Notes: generated by a model from the letters alone, not told the origin. A stretch of DNA of 64,000 nt from Candidatus Sungiibacteriota bacterium (GCA_016180435.1 JACPBG010000002.1:60342-124341), one strand, 5' to 3'. Positions 15,898 to 25,161 are shown, numbered from the stretch's first letter. Numbers and translations are program-made.

Positions 15898-16932
15898 ATG
15901 AGTGATAGGAAAGCACCGTATGACACCAATGAAGGAATTCAGCGTGCCGTCAAAACGTTGCATAAACTTAACGAGTTGGTGGCGAATCGCCATAGGGCTG
16001 GGTATGAAAGACATGAACGACTCAAGGAATTCTATGTCCTTGGACGGTGGCGTACTGACTCTTGTGGCAATTTTGGAAAGATCATCTCTGAGTTTATCCC
16101 GAAATTAAAGTTCCCCCAGATCCCCGACGTTTTAACCAACGAAGAGTTTTGGGCATTCTTGGGGGCGCAAGGGCTTGATGTTGAGAAAACCTTTGTTTCA
16201 AGCGGAATGTCGAACGACCTACCGCCTGATGACATCGTATGTTGTGTTTGCCAGCAGTCGTGGACTATTGAAAATTGCCATGACGTAGTTATCACCCATC
16301 AGCATCAGGATTTTTCATTGTCAGAGTTCGTTGGGAGACAGCTTTGGGAGGTACAACGGGTATACGGTATGCGAATTGATGCTTGCTACCGTATGCAGCC
16401 AGACATTCTTATTCGTAACGATCGATTCATTGATCTACGTCCGGAGCCAGAATTTGAAACGCTCAAAAGGAATGAGCATGGATGGGTGGGCAAAGAAGAT
16501 GGAGTTACGGAAAACTATGTGATTCAGTCAGGTGATGATGGGTTTTTCAACGTCTGGCATTTTCATCATCATGCGTGTAGTCGGAAAAAGCTCGAAGCTG
16601 ATATGCGGCAGCAATTCCGTGATGTACTCACAAAAGCGGGTTTTGCTAACACAATCCTCAAGTCAATTCCGAATCAGTATTGCCCATGTGAGCATTGTGC
16701 TCCGTGGTTCGTGGTACGGACTGAACATGGTACATTTACGATCGGATGGCGAAAGCGCGTCATCAATATCGATTGGAAGGCGACTGGTAAGAACTTTCTG
16801 CCGCTTTTCGACGATCAGGACGTTACGAAAGACAACCACTTGATTCATGCATGGGGTTACGAAAAAGCTACTGAATATTTTACGAGGATTAAGGGGTTTC
16901 TCATTCAGTCCGAGGCGTTAACTCAACGTTAA
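15898..16932 (+). CDS. orphan Cys/His-rich hypothetical protein (344 aa)
   Basis: ATG at 15898 lies 7 nt after GGAGG. The protein has clustered Cys/His motifs (CCVCQQ, HFHHHAC, CPCEHC). The gene is bracketed by terminators at 15808-15845 and 16938-16968. Confidence 0.55.
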   Translation: MSDRKAPYDTNEGIQRAVKTLHKLNELVANRHRAGYERHERLKEFYVLGRWRTDSCGNFGKIISEFIPKLKFPQIPDVLTNEEFWAFLGAQGLDVEKTFVSSGMSNDLPPDDIVCCVCQQSWTIENCHDVVITHQHQDFSLSEFVGRQLWEVQRVYGMRIDACYRMQPDILIRNDRFIDLRPEPEFETLKRNEHGWVGKEDGVTENYVIQSGDDGFFNVWHFHHHACSRKKLEADMRQQFRDVLTKAGFANTILKSIPNQYCPCEHCAPWFVVRTEHGTFTIGWRKRVINIDWKATGKNFLPLFDDQDVTKDNHLIHAWGYEKATEYFTRIKGFLIQSEALTQR

Positions 16933-16937
16933 ACAAG

Positions 16938-16968
16938 ACTGCCTGGCTCTGCCAGCAGTTTTTATTTT
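16938..16968 (+). terminator. Rho-independent terminator after the Cys/His-rich ORF
   Basis: ACTGCCTGGC-tct-GCCAGCAGT, followed by TTTTATTTT. Confidence 0.7.
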
Positions 16969-17136
16969 CAAAAACCTAAAGTCCACCACGCCTCAAAGCA
17001 TTGCAGTGGGCGAAGAGATAGACTAGCTTTCGTATGTTGACCCCAAAGACCGAACTAAAAAGTTTGGTCTTTTGGGTGAGGGGTAGGCGGGGAAGACCGA
17101 AATATTCTTGAGTCTTGGGTGGGGAAAAGCCCCTAC

Positions 17137-17190
17137 TTGACAAATTACCGGGATTCCCGGTAAGATTAATTTAATATCTAATTCCCGGTA
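17137..17190 (+). promoter_or_regulatory. promoter with an embedded 19-bp perfect palindrome (operator-like) plus a third half-site
   Basis: TTGACA (17137-42), 18-nt spacer, TAAGAT (17161-66). The palindrome TTACCGGGA-T-TCCCGGTAA spans 17145-17163. A further TTCCCGGTA lies at 17182-17190, just before the ATG at 17194. Confidence 0.6.
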
Positions 17191-17193
17191 TTT

Positions 17194-18156
17194 ATGAAAA
17201 TATATCTTCCCCATAGTGCATTTTTAGGGAATATTGATCCATTCCTGGCGGCCTTTGACCCTAGCCATAAGGAAAAGCTCGAAATTACCGCTAATAAAAA
17301 TTGGATTTTTGTTCACCCCGTTGTATTAGCAATGGTAGCGGCGTTAGGTTTAACAGTTTATCGAAAAAATATTAAATGTGAAAAGATAGTGGCACGTTCG
17401 GGTCACTACCTTGAAAGGATGGGTTTATTCAAATTTCTTGATATTAAATCAGGGATGAAGATAACCGAACACGATCCATCGGGGCGATTCGTTCCACTAA
17501 CACAGATAAAAACCTCTGAACAACTCACAAAGTTTCTAACCGAAATGATTCCACTGCTTCATTTAGAACCTCGACATGCCGAACCAATCAAATATATTAT
17601 TAGTGAATTGGTGAGAAACGTGTTAGAGCACGCTCGTGCACCACAAGGAGCTATCGTATCTGCTCAATATCATGCAAAAAATAAAACAATTCGCATAGGA
17701 ATAGTTGATCGTGGTAGTGGTATAAAAAGCACAATTAATCAATCATGGGATGCAAGTAATGATCTTGAGGCTATTAAGTTGGCACTTATGCCGGGAGTTA
17801 CAGGAACTACAAAAAGAGAAGGCGGAACAGAACAAAATGCTGGAGCAGGTTTATTTTTTATTAAATCAATTGCTTATGTGAATCGTAATTTTTTTATGAT
17901 CTATAGCGGAAACGCAATGTATAAACTTCTGAAAAGAAGTGGCGCTAAAAAAATTATGCTTCATGCTAACCCCAATCTTGACAGACACTCAGAAAGAAAT
18001 AACTTACCTTATTGGGATGGTACGGCGGTGGGTGTAGATATTTCTTTAGATACTACACAAGAATTTACTGCACTTCTTGATCTTATAAGAGATACTTACT
18101 CGGAGGCAGTTAAAGAGCGTAAGCGTAATAGATATAAAAGGGCTAAATTTATTTAA
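17194..18156 (+). CDS. GHKL/Bergerat-fold ATPase (HATPase_c-like), with no DHp/HisKA domain
   Basis: N box is ELVRNVLEHA, G1 box is VDRGSGI and G2 box is GAGLFFIKS. The unrecognised N-terminal region is about 120 aa. It resembles anti-sigma serine kinases (SpoIIAB/RsbW type). Confidence 0.7.
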   Translation: MKIYLPHSAFLGNIDPFLAAFDPSHKEKLEITANKNWIFVHPVVLAMVAALGLTVYRKNIKCEKIVARSGHYLERMGLFKFLDIKSGMKITEHDPSGRFVPLTQIKTSEQLTKFLTEMIPLLHLEPRHAEPIKYIISELVRNVLEHARAPQGAIVSAQYHAKNKTIRIGIVDRGSGIKSTINQSWDASNDLEAIKLALMPGVTGTTKREGGTEQNAGAGLFFIKSIAYVNRNFFMIYSGNAMYKLLKRSGAKKIMLHANPNLDRHSERNNLPYWDGTAVGVDISLDTTQEFTALLDLIRDTYSEAVKERKRNRYKRAKFI

Positions 18157-18161
18157 ATATT

Positions 18162-18449
18162 ATGGTTACTATCGAACTTTTTCCCTTAGTGGGGGGCTTT
18201 GCGGAAAACAAGGATATTGCAAGAGACATAAGACGAGACCAAATTCTTCCAGCTCTGAAGAATGGAGAAAGTGTTGTCTTGGATTTTAGTGGCATAGAAT
18301 CTACAACACAATCTTTCGTTCACTCCTTAATTAGTGATGTAATGAGGGAATACGGGAGTGACGTTATGGATAAATTAGTATTTAAAAATTGCAGTGAAAC
18401 CATACAAAAAATCATCAGTATAGTTGTGGACTATATGCAGCAAACATAA
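18162..18449 (+). CDS. STAS-like small protein (DUF4325-like)
   Basis: 95 aa with VVLDFSGIESTTQSFVHSLISDV, resembling the STAS / anti-sigma-antagonist core. It starts 5 nt after the ATPase stop. Confidence 0.6.
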   Translation: MVTIELFPLVGGFAENKDIARDIRRDQILPALKNGESVVLDFSGIESTTQSFVHSLISDVMREYGSDVMDKLVFKNCSETIQKIISIVVDYMQQT

Positions 18450-18540
18450 TTTGTCTCAGTTAAAGACGTATTACGGTTCGCCCTGCGGAATTTTTTATAC
18501 GGACTTTTTATTTTCTCGCGTAAATTTTATTTGAAAAAAC

Positions 18541-18571
18541 GCGAAAATAAAATGTCATCCGAAAGGATGAC
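18541..18571 (-). terminator. Rho-independent terminator for 18591-19148 (minus strand)
   Basis: GTCATCC-tttc-GGATGAC, then ATTTTATTTT on the minus strand. Confidence 0.6.
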
Positions 18572-18590
18572 GTTTCTATATAGATACGCC

Positions 18591-19148
18591 CTAATGATAT
18601 GGAGAAAATGTCGCCTCTTTTAATCGCCAGTGTAATTTTATTCCCGCTTGATCTTCCGCAAAAATATCTTTCACGAAGTTGTCGAAACGAGCCGAGAATG
18701 GATACTTTTGCAAAGTAAGGTCGGCCAGAAGATGCAGCTTGTCTATCGGAAAGCGCTTCAGGCAAAATACATATGCCTCGGCAATGTCTGATCTTGAGCA
18801 TCCCTCGTCCCTTTCCCGCGGCCAGATACGATGCAGTACTGAAATCATCTTCAGTTTAAATTCGGAGTTTCCGAACCGCAAAAGAAAAAGAAGGAGCTGG
18901 CGGATTGTTCCTGCAAAAAAGATTTCCCAGCTCCTGCTTTTTCGTGCGGCTGAACCTTGTTTATAAAGACCCAATTTCCACCATAGTTCGGCGGGTCTGC
19001 TGTCCGGCATTTTCAGCACTTTCCATTGATATAACATCCAGTCAAGAACGCCGGGAACTGCAACCTCTTTTTGATAGCAGATTTTTTCTAAATCATGAAG
19101 CGCCAGTGGATACTTCTTTTTAAAAGTAGCACTTGTATGCCAAGGCAT
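18591..19148 (-). CDS. hypothetical protein (185 aa)
   Basis: Clean ORF followed by a terminator hairpin (18554-18571) and a T-run on the minus strand. I recognise no family. Confidence 0.5.
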   Translation of the reverse strand: MPWHTSATFKKKYPLALHDLEKICYQKEVAVPGVLDWMLYQWKVLKMPDSRPAELWWKLGLYKQGSAARKSRSWEIFFAGTIRQLLLFLLRFGNSEFKLKMISVLHRIWPRERDEGCSRSDIAEAYVFCLKRFPIDKLHLLADLTLQKYPFSARFDNFVKDIFAEDQAGIKLHWRLKEATFSPYH

Positions 19149-19274
19149 TTATTTATCTCCTATAGCTGGTATGAGCTTCACACAAGATAACAAAAAAACG
19201 TTATTTTGTCAATCTTGCAAAATAGTACAGATTATGCTATTTTAGTTTTAGTTCATTTTTCGCGTAGGTGCAAT

Positions 19275-19514
19275 ATGTCTAGTTGGCTGGATACGGAAAA
19301 AGGTCAAGAATTTTTCAAAAAAGCCTTTGAGGTTGCCGATTTGCCGGAGGTTGATGGAGATGTCTTGGAGCAAGGCACATACACCAACCGTCAAATCGCC
19401 GAAAAAGCCGGAAGCCCAGAAAAATTGCTGTCATTGCTTATGAATGTATCCGGTGATCGGGCGACGAAAAGATCGATCCTTAGTTTCGCCGTGGAAATGG
19501 ATTTAGAAGATTAA
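19275..19514 (+). CDS. small acidic hypothetical protein (79 aa)
   Basis: ATG at 19275 follows AGGTG. A terminator follows at 19530-19560. Confidence 0.35.
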   Translation: MSSWLDTEKGQEFFKKAFEVADLPEVDGDVLEQGTYTNRQIAEKAGSPEKLLSLLMNVSGDRATKRSILSFAVEMDLED

Positions 19515-19529
19515 GTTTAGTAAGTTTTA

Positions 19530-19560
19530 CCGCATGGTTTGCCCTGCGGCTTTTTTATTT
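19530..19560 (+). terminator. terminator hairpin between convergent genes
   Basis: CCGCATGG-tttg-CCCTGCGG (one mismatch), followed by CTTTTTTATTT. Confidence 0.6.
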
Positions 19561-21375
19561 AATAAACCGTTCCGCCTGCAGGGACCAAAGGCGTTTATAA
19601 ATTCCGCCGCGTGCGATTAAATCCAAATGTGTTCCTTCTTCCGCTATTTTTCCGCGGTCTATTACTATAATTCGATCCATCTGCATGATGGTGGAAAGGC
19701 GATGGGCAATTACGATCGCGGTTTTTTTCTTAAGCAAATTTTTTAAGGCATCCTGAATCAGCGCCTCTACTTCCGAGTCCAAACTTGAGGTTGCTTCGTC
19801 TAAAACCAAAATCGGCGTGTTGGCGAGGATGGCCCGCGCAATTGCTACTCTTTGCCGTTCTCCGCCGGAAAGTTTTACTCCGCGTTCTCCCACGTATGTG
19901 TCATAGCCATAAGGAAGCCGTGAAATAAATTCATGGCAGTGCGCTTTTTGGGCCGCATCCATGATCTCTTTTTCGGTCGCATTCAGGCGTCCGTAGCGTA
20001 TATTTTCGGTAAGGGTGCGGTGGAATAAAATGGTATCTTGCGGCACCAGCGCAACGGATGTGCGTATGCTGTCTTGCGTTACTTCGGCAATGTTTTGCCC
20101 GTCAATCATTATTTTTCCATTATTTATATCATGGAAACGCAAAAGAAGCGTTACCACCGTGGTTTTTCCGGCGCCGGATGATCCGACCAGCGCAATTTTT
20201 TCTCCGGGCTTGACGCGTAAACTGAAATTTTCAAGCACTTTGCGCTTATCATGAAATCCGAAAGTAACATTTTCAAATTCAACCATACCCCGGGAAACCG
20301 CAAGTTTTTTTGCGGAAGGCGCATCTTTTATATCCGGAGGTGTATTTAAAATTTCCACCATTTCAGCCGCATCGGCAAGCGACTCATAAACTCGGCGCAC
20401 CACCCGGCCAAAGTCCCAGATTCTGTGAAATAGCACGATCAAATACCCTTGAATCAGGGCAAAATCTCCGACGGTAACCTGGCCGCTTGACCAGAGCCGG
20501 ATCCAGGCATAAAACAAACCCACTTCAATTGCGATCATGAGAAGCGCTTGAATCCCGTCAGCTGCTTCTCCGATGCCCCATCCCCAAAAACGCAGGCGTT
20601 TTAATTCATTCATGACGTTACGGTAAATAGTTTTTTCATGATCATAATTGGAAAATAGTTTTATGGTAATGACGTTAGTCAGGGCGTCGGAAAGCGTTCC
20701 GGTTGCTTCCGAGTCCTTTTCGGCCCGGGCCCGGTCATATTTTAATTTCCAGCCCGCGATAAAATAATAGATGACTCCAAAGAGCAAAATCCAGATTGCC
20801 AAAGCAATTCCGAGGACGATGTGGCGTTTGAAAAGAACAATAAGTATCCCGGTAACTATGACAAAAAGCGGAATGATGCTGAATAAAATCTGATCGGTTA
20901 TCTCCTCAAACGAACGGGACAGGCGCGCCACCTTTCTTACCAGCGATCCGGTGAAATTGTTTGTAAAGAAGCGGTGCGAGTGCCCGAGTAGATTTGAGAA
21001 AGCGGTCAGGGACAGGTCATTCATCACGTTGGCCCGCATATATATATTTGCTATGCCGAACAGACGATGTATGGTCCAGCGCGATATTTCCAAAGCCGCG
21101 ATAATGCCGAGGATCCACATGAGTTGGCGGTTGATTTCTGCCGCTTGAAGCGCCGTATTCGTAACCGTGTCAAGAAACATTTTTAAGAACCAGGGCATGG
21201 TTACCGCAATAATCTGCATCGCGATTGCGGACAAGAAGACCACAATCGATGTCCCGGGATATTTTCGGGCGTGTTCCCAAAATACCCGCCATATCAGGCG
21301 AAGTGTATGGCGGTTTAATTCCGGCTTTTTTATTTTGGCGGATGCCAATTGCGTCATAACTCGATTTTTTTCCAT
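19555..21375 (-). CDS. ABC transporter, fused permease/ATP-binding protein (MsbA-like exporter)
   Basis: Walker A is GSSGAGKTT, the signature motif is LSGGERQRVAIARA and Walker B is ILVLDEATSSLD. The N-terminal half is a 6-TM-like domain. Confidence 0.9.
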   Translation of the reverse strand: MEKNRVMTQLASAKIKKPELNRHTLRLIWRVFWEHARKYPGTSIVVFLSAIAMQIIAVTMPWFLKMFLDTVTNTALQAAEINRQLMWILGIIAALEISRWTIHRLFGIANIYMRANVMNDLSLTAFSNLLGHSHRFFTNNFTGSLVRKVARLSRSFEEITDQILFSIIPLFVIVTGILIVLFKRHIVLGIALAIWILLFGVIYYFIAGWKLKYDRARAEKDSEATGTLSDALTNVITIKLFSNYDHEKTIYRNVMNELKRLRFWGWGIGEAADGIQALLMIAIEVGLFYAWIRLWSSGQVTVGDFALIQGYLIVLFHRIWDFGRVVRRVYESLADAAEMVEILNTPPDIKDAPSAKKLAVSRGMVEFENVTFGFHDKRKVLENFSLRVKPGEKIALVGSSGAGKTTVVTLLLRFHDINNGKIMIDGQNIAEVTQDSIRTSVALVPQDTILFHRTLTENIRYGRLNATEKEIMDAAQKAHCHEFISRLPYGYDTYVGERGVKLSGGERQRVAIARAILANTPILVLDEATSSLDSEVEALIQDALKNLLKKKTAIVIAHRLSTIMQMDRIIVIDRGKIAEEGTHLDLIARGGIYKRLWSLQAERFIK

Positions 21376-22460
21376 AATTTGTTTCTTCTTAAATATATGG
21401 ACCTTGGATAATCGGCGGCAGTCACCAGTTCATCAATTCTTTCACTGATCAGCTCGCCGGTATTTCTTCCTCCGCGTCCGTCAATCTCGGTAAAATATAC
21501 TCCGTCTTTGGTGAGCATGACAATATGAGCGTCGTCGTAATAATACCAGCGCGCATCCAGAATCGGTTCCTGCAGGGTTATAATCTGTTCTATTAGGCCC
21601 TTTTTTTGAAACGGCTGGTATTCATTATCCTGCAGCCATAATATTTCTATACTGTTTTCTTTTTTTAAGATAAGTTTTTCTCCTTCCGTATCAAATGAAA
21701 TTGCTTTAGCGCCTCCGGCCAGGGGTTTCAATTCATTGGTTTCACTTTCTATTATAAAAAGTCCTCCGCCGGCATCCAAAATCGCCAATTCGCTGCGCGG
21801 CGATATGAAAAATTGCGCCGGTATTTTGTCAGAAAGGAAAAATCCCGGTCGGCCCAGCGTTTCAATCATCCCGTTACTATTTAATTTTGCCGCAAAACCG
21901 GCTTCGGTAATAAAAAATATAGCGCCGTCGATATAGGCAAATGAATTCACTCCGGGTGTCAGCACGGTTGTCGTGGCGCGGCCGTTTAGCACGCGGTCTT
22001 CAACCAGATTGTTTTTTTTATCAAGCCGAATTTTACGCGCGGAAGTGGTAGTCGCCAATCCCAAAGATATGATTTCGTCGCGTGTTGCCGTGGCGGTCAT
22101 GACCGGTGAGGGGATCAGGATGACATTTCGTATTTCGGTTACGGCGGCTTTTTCCACGGTTACGGTTTTTGACCAAGGCCGGTAATTTTCCTTTTCCAGA
22201 CGTAGCAGATGTATGCCGGGCCTGATTTCGGTCAATAGCGCCCCGCCGGAAAAAATTGATGTCTCTTTCTGAAATTCGTTGTCCAGAAAAATTGAGATGC
22301 TTGCGATCGTGGATTTTATAAAAATACCGCCGCGCTGCTCCAGCGAGCGTGATGATAAATTGATCGTATAGCCGAGCGAATGAGCAATTACTATCGGCAA
22401 AAGCACGATAAATGCGGCCAGCAGGAGATAAAAAATTTTTTTTCTGGTTGCCAGCTTCAT
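21354..22460 (-). CDS. membrane-anchored protein with a PEGA-like domain
   Basis: N-terminal TM helix, then IFLDNEFQKETS...GIHLLRLEKENYRPWSKTVTVEKAAVTEI. The stop overlaps the ABC transporter start. Confidence 0.55.
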   Translation of the reverse strand: MKLATRKKIFYLLLAAFIVLLPIVIAHSLGYTINLSSRSLEQRGGIFIKSTIASISIFLDNEFQKETSIFSGGALLTEIRPGIHLLRLEKENYRPWSKTVTVEKAAVTEIRNVILIPSPVMTATATRDEIISLGLATTTSARKIRLDKKNNLVEDRVLNGRATTTVLTPGVNSFAYIDGAIFFITEAGFAAKLNSNGMIETLGRPGFFLSDKIPAQFFISPRSELAILDAGGGLFIIESETNELKPLAGGAKAISFDTEGEKLILKKENSIEILWLQDNEYQPFQKKGLIEQIITLQEPILDARWYYYDDAHIVMLTKDGVYFTEIDGRGGRNTGELISERIDELVTAADYPRSIYLRRNKLWKKIEL

Positions 22461-22517
22461 ACTTATATTGTAGCAATTTTGCGGGCGTTTGAAAATAACG
22501 CCTTTTCACGCTACGAT

Positions 22518-23831
22518 ATGTTTATGTCTGTAGATAAATTTATTATTAAGGGCGGTAAGCCGTTGGCGGGTGAGATTGAGGTACGCGGATCCAAAAATGC
22601 CGCGACCAAATTGATGATTGCCTCACTTCTTACGGATGAGCCCTGTGTTATTGAAAATGTCCCGCTGTCGCAGGATACGGATATTACTTCAGAACTTTGC
22701 GGGAAAATCGGAAGCAATGTGGAGCTTGATCGTGATTTACATGCGATTAAAATCCATACGCCGAAGGTCTTGCATCCGGTTGTGCCGGAATTATCGCGGA
22801 AAAATCGCATACCCGTACTGGCTATCGGGCCGCTTTTGCATCGTACGGGCATTGCGGAAGTACCGGTGCTGGGCGGGTGCCCGATCGGGCACCGTCCCAT
22901 AAATTTTCACGTCGAGGCATTGTCTAAAATGGGGGTAGAGGTTGAGCGCCGGCCGCAATCATATTTTGCCAAGACCTCGGAGATCCATGGAGCTGAAATA
23001 GACCTTCCGTTCCCGTCTGTCGGCGCTACCGAAAATATAATCTTATTTGCGGTACTTGCCCGCGGGAAAACATTGATCCGGAATGCGGCCGTGGAGCCGG
23101 AAATTTTCAATCTGGTTGAGATGCTTCGCGGGATGGGAGCTGAAATTCTTTGGAGATCTGACGAGAGGATCATAGAAATAGAGGGAGTAAGCCGGCTCCG
23201 CGGAGTTTCGATAGAAACAATTCCGGATAGGAATGAGGCGGTATCATTTGCCGTGGCCGCCCTGGCAACCGGCGGAGAGGTTTTTGTGCGCGGGGCGCGC
23301 GAGGATCATCTGAAATCATTTATTGCTAAAGCGGTTGATGCGGGGGGATCGGTCTTTGTGCAGGATGGCGGCATTAAGTTTAAAGCCGGTAAGCGGTATG
23401 GGCCGGTTAAAATTGAAACCTCGCCACACCCGGGATTTATGACTGATTGGCAGCAGCCGTTTTGCGTTCTCTTGACGAAGGCGGACGGAGAATCAATAAT
23501 ACATGAGACGGTTTATGAGGATAGATTTGGTTATGTAAAGGATTTGACCCGCATGGGGGCGCGGATTGAGGTATCGGATAAATGTTGGGGTGATATGAAA
23601 TGCCGGTTTGCGGGCGTCTCCGCCATGCATAGTATCAGTATTAACGGGCCATCCCGTCTTCATGGGACAGATATTACCATGATTGATATCCGCGCCGGCA
23701 TGGCGCATATCATTGCCGCGCTTTCCGCTGAAGGAGAGTCGGTTATTACGGGGATTGAACACATTGATAGGGGATATGAGAAGATTGAGGAGAGGTTAAG
23801 AAAATTAGGGGCGGAAATTAGGAGGGTGTGA
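22518..23831 (+). CDS. murA: UDP-N-acetylglucosamine 1-carboxyvinyltransferase
   Basis: FIIKGGKPLAGEIEVRGSKNAATK, then RAGMAHIIAALSAEGESVITGIEHIDRGYE. The in-frame ATG at 22518 is preferred over the longer track ORF. Confidence 0.9.
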   Translation: MFMSVDKFIIKGGKPLAGEIEVRGSKNAATKLMIASLLTDEPCVIENVPLSQDTDITSELCGKIGSNVELDRDLHAIKIHTPKVLHPVVPELSRKNRIPVLAIGPLLHRTGIAEVPVLGGCPIGHRPINFHVEALSKMGVEVERRPQSYFAKTSEIHGAEIDLPFPSVGATENIILFAVLARGKTLIRNAAVEPEIFNLVEMLRGMGAEILWRSDERIIEIEGVSRLRGVSIETIPDRNEAVSFAVAALATGGEVFVRGAREDHLKSFIAKAVDAGGSVFVQDGGIKFKAGKRYGPVKIETSPHPGFMTDWQQPFCVLLTKADGESIIHETVYEDRFGYVKDLTRMGARIEVSDKCWGDMKCRFAGVSAMHSISINGPSRLHGTDITMIDIRAGMAHIIAALSAEGESVITGIEHIDRGYEKIEERLRKLGAEIRRV

Positions 23832-23841
23832 TTATCGCTCG

Positions 23842-23964
23842 GCATTTCGTTTTCAAGACACGCAAATTTTTGCCAGCGCAAAAATTTGCTAAGGGTCGGC
23901 GAAGTTTTCCGCCAAAGGCGGAACCATGCAAACTTCGCCTCCCATTGTCTTGAAAACAAAATGC
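23842..23964 (+). repeat. R3 structured intergenic element, copy 3 (murA-mreB spacer), with compensatory changes
   Basis: Outer stem TTTTCAAGACA/TGTCTTGAAAA, P2 stem GCAAATTTTTGC/GCAAAAATTTGC, conserved CTAAGGGTCGG, P3 stem GGCGAAGTTT/AAACTTCGCC, conserved CCTCCCATTG. Confidence 0.8.
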
Positions 23965-24014
23965 TTCGCATAATTTCAATCTTTTGGTGAGAGGAGAGGA
24001 AAAGGAGCAATTTT

Positions 24015-25025
24015 ATGTTTATTAGAAAAATAGGAATTGATCTTGGCACTGCCAACACCTTGGTGTTTGTGCCCAAAAAAGGGGTGGTGGTGAATGAGCC
24101 ATCCGTGGTTGCGGTTTCCAAATACGAGAACGCGGTTTTGGCCGTGGGAAATGAAGCGCGGGATATGATCGGCAGAACACCCGAAACCATTGTGGCGTAC
24201 CGTCCTTTGCGGGATGGAGTTATTGCGGATTATCGCGTGACCGAGGCCATGTTGCGCTATTTTATTTCCAAAGCCAGCGGCCGGGTTCGGCTTTTTCGTC
24301 CGGAAGTAATGGTTTCGGTGCCGGCCGGAGTCACATCCACCGAGCGTCGGGCCGTGATTGAAGCTACGGTGCAGGCCGGGGCCAAGGCCGCTTATGTGGT
24401 AAAAGAGCCGGTGTTGGCCGCCATCGGCGCCGGAATCCCTATTAATGAGCCGGCCGGACATATGGTGGTGGATATTGGCGGAGGCACATCGGATGTGGCG
24501 GTTATTTCACTTGGCGGAATAGTGGCATCCACTTCGGTAAAAGTTGCCGGAAACAAATTGGATCAGGCCATTGCCGATTATATCAAGCGCCATTATAATC
24601 TTGCGATCGGCGACCGGACTGCGGAAAATATGAAAATAAAAATTGGGTCAGCCGTGCCTATGGATGATCCAAAAATGAAAATGGAAATCAAGGGGCGCGA
24701 TTTGATGTCCGGTTTGCCGCGCACCATAGAGATCCATTCTATGGAAGTTACCGAGGCGATTTCGGATGAGTTGGATGAGATAATCCATGCGGTAAAATCC
24801 GTTTTGCATGATACTCCGCCCGAACTCGCGGCAGATATAATGGACCGGGGAATTGTAATGACCGGAGGCGGATCGCTTCTGCGAAATATTGACGAGCTGG
24901 TATTTCAGGAAACCGGCGTGCCGGCGCATGTGGCGGATGAGGCGCTTTTATGCGTGGCCAAGGGCACCGGAATCGCTTTGGAGCATTTGGATGTTTATAA
25001 ACGCAGTATCATGTCTAAGCGGTAA
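24015..25025 (+). CDS. mreB: rod-shape protein MreB, paralog 1 (orphan, next to murA)
   Basis: IGIDLGTANTLVFV, VVDIGGGTSDVAVISLGG and IVMTGGGSLLRNIDELV. Confidence 0.85.
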   Translation: MFIRKIGIDLGTANTLVFVPKKGVVVNEPSVVAVSKYENAVLAVGNEARDMIGRTPETIVAYRPLRDGVIADYRVTEAMLRYFISKASGRVRLFRPEVMVSVPAGVTSTERRAVIEATVQAGAKAAYVVKEPVLAAIGAGIPINEPAGHMVVDIGGGTSDVAVISLGGIVASTSVKVAGNKLDQAIADYIKRHYNLAIGDRTAENMKIKIGSAVPMDDPKMKMEIKGRDLMSGLPRTIEIHSMEVTEAISDELDEIIHAVKSVLHDTPPELAADIMDRGIVMTGGGSLLRNIDELVFQETGVPAHVADEALLCVAKGTGIALEHLDVYKRSIMSKR

Positions 25026-25161
25026 AGCGCGGCTCCCTTGGTATATTACAGAAAAAAGACGCTCGCAGGGTGTTAAATCTTTAAATTCTTAAATTTTAGC
25101 GATCCCATTACTTACTGTTATAAAAAATAGTTCCCGAGTTAAGTTAAGGGACTACCCTTGA

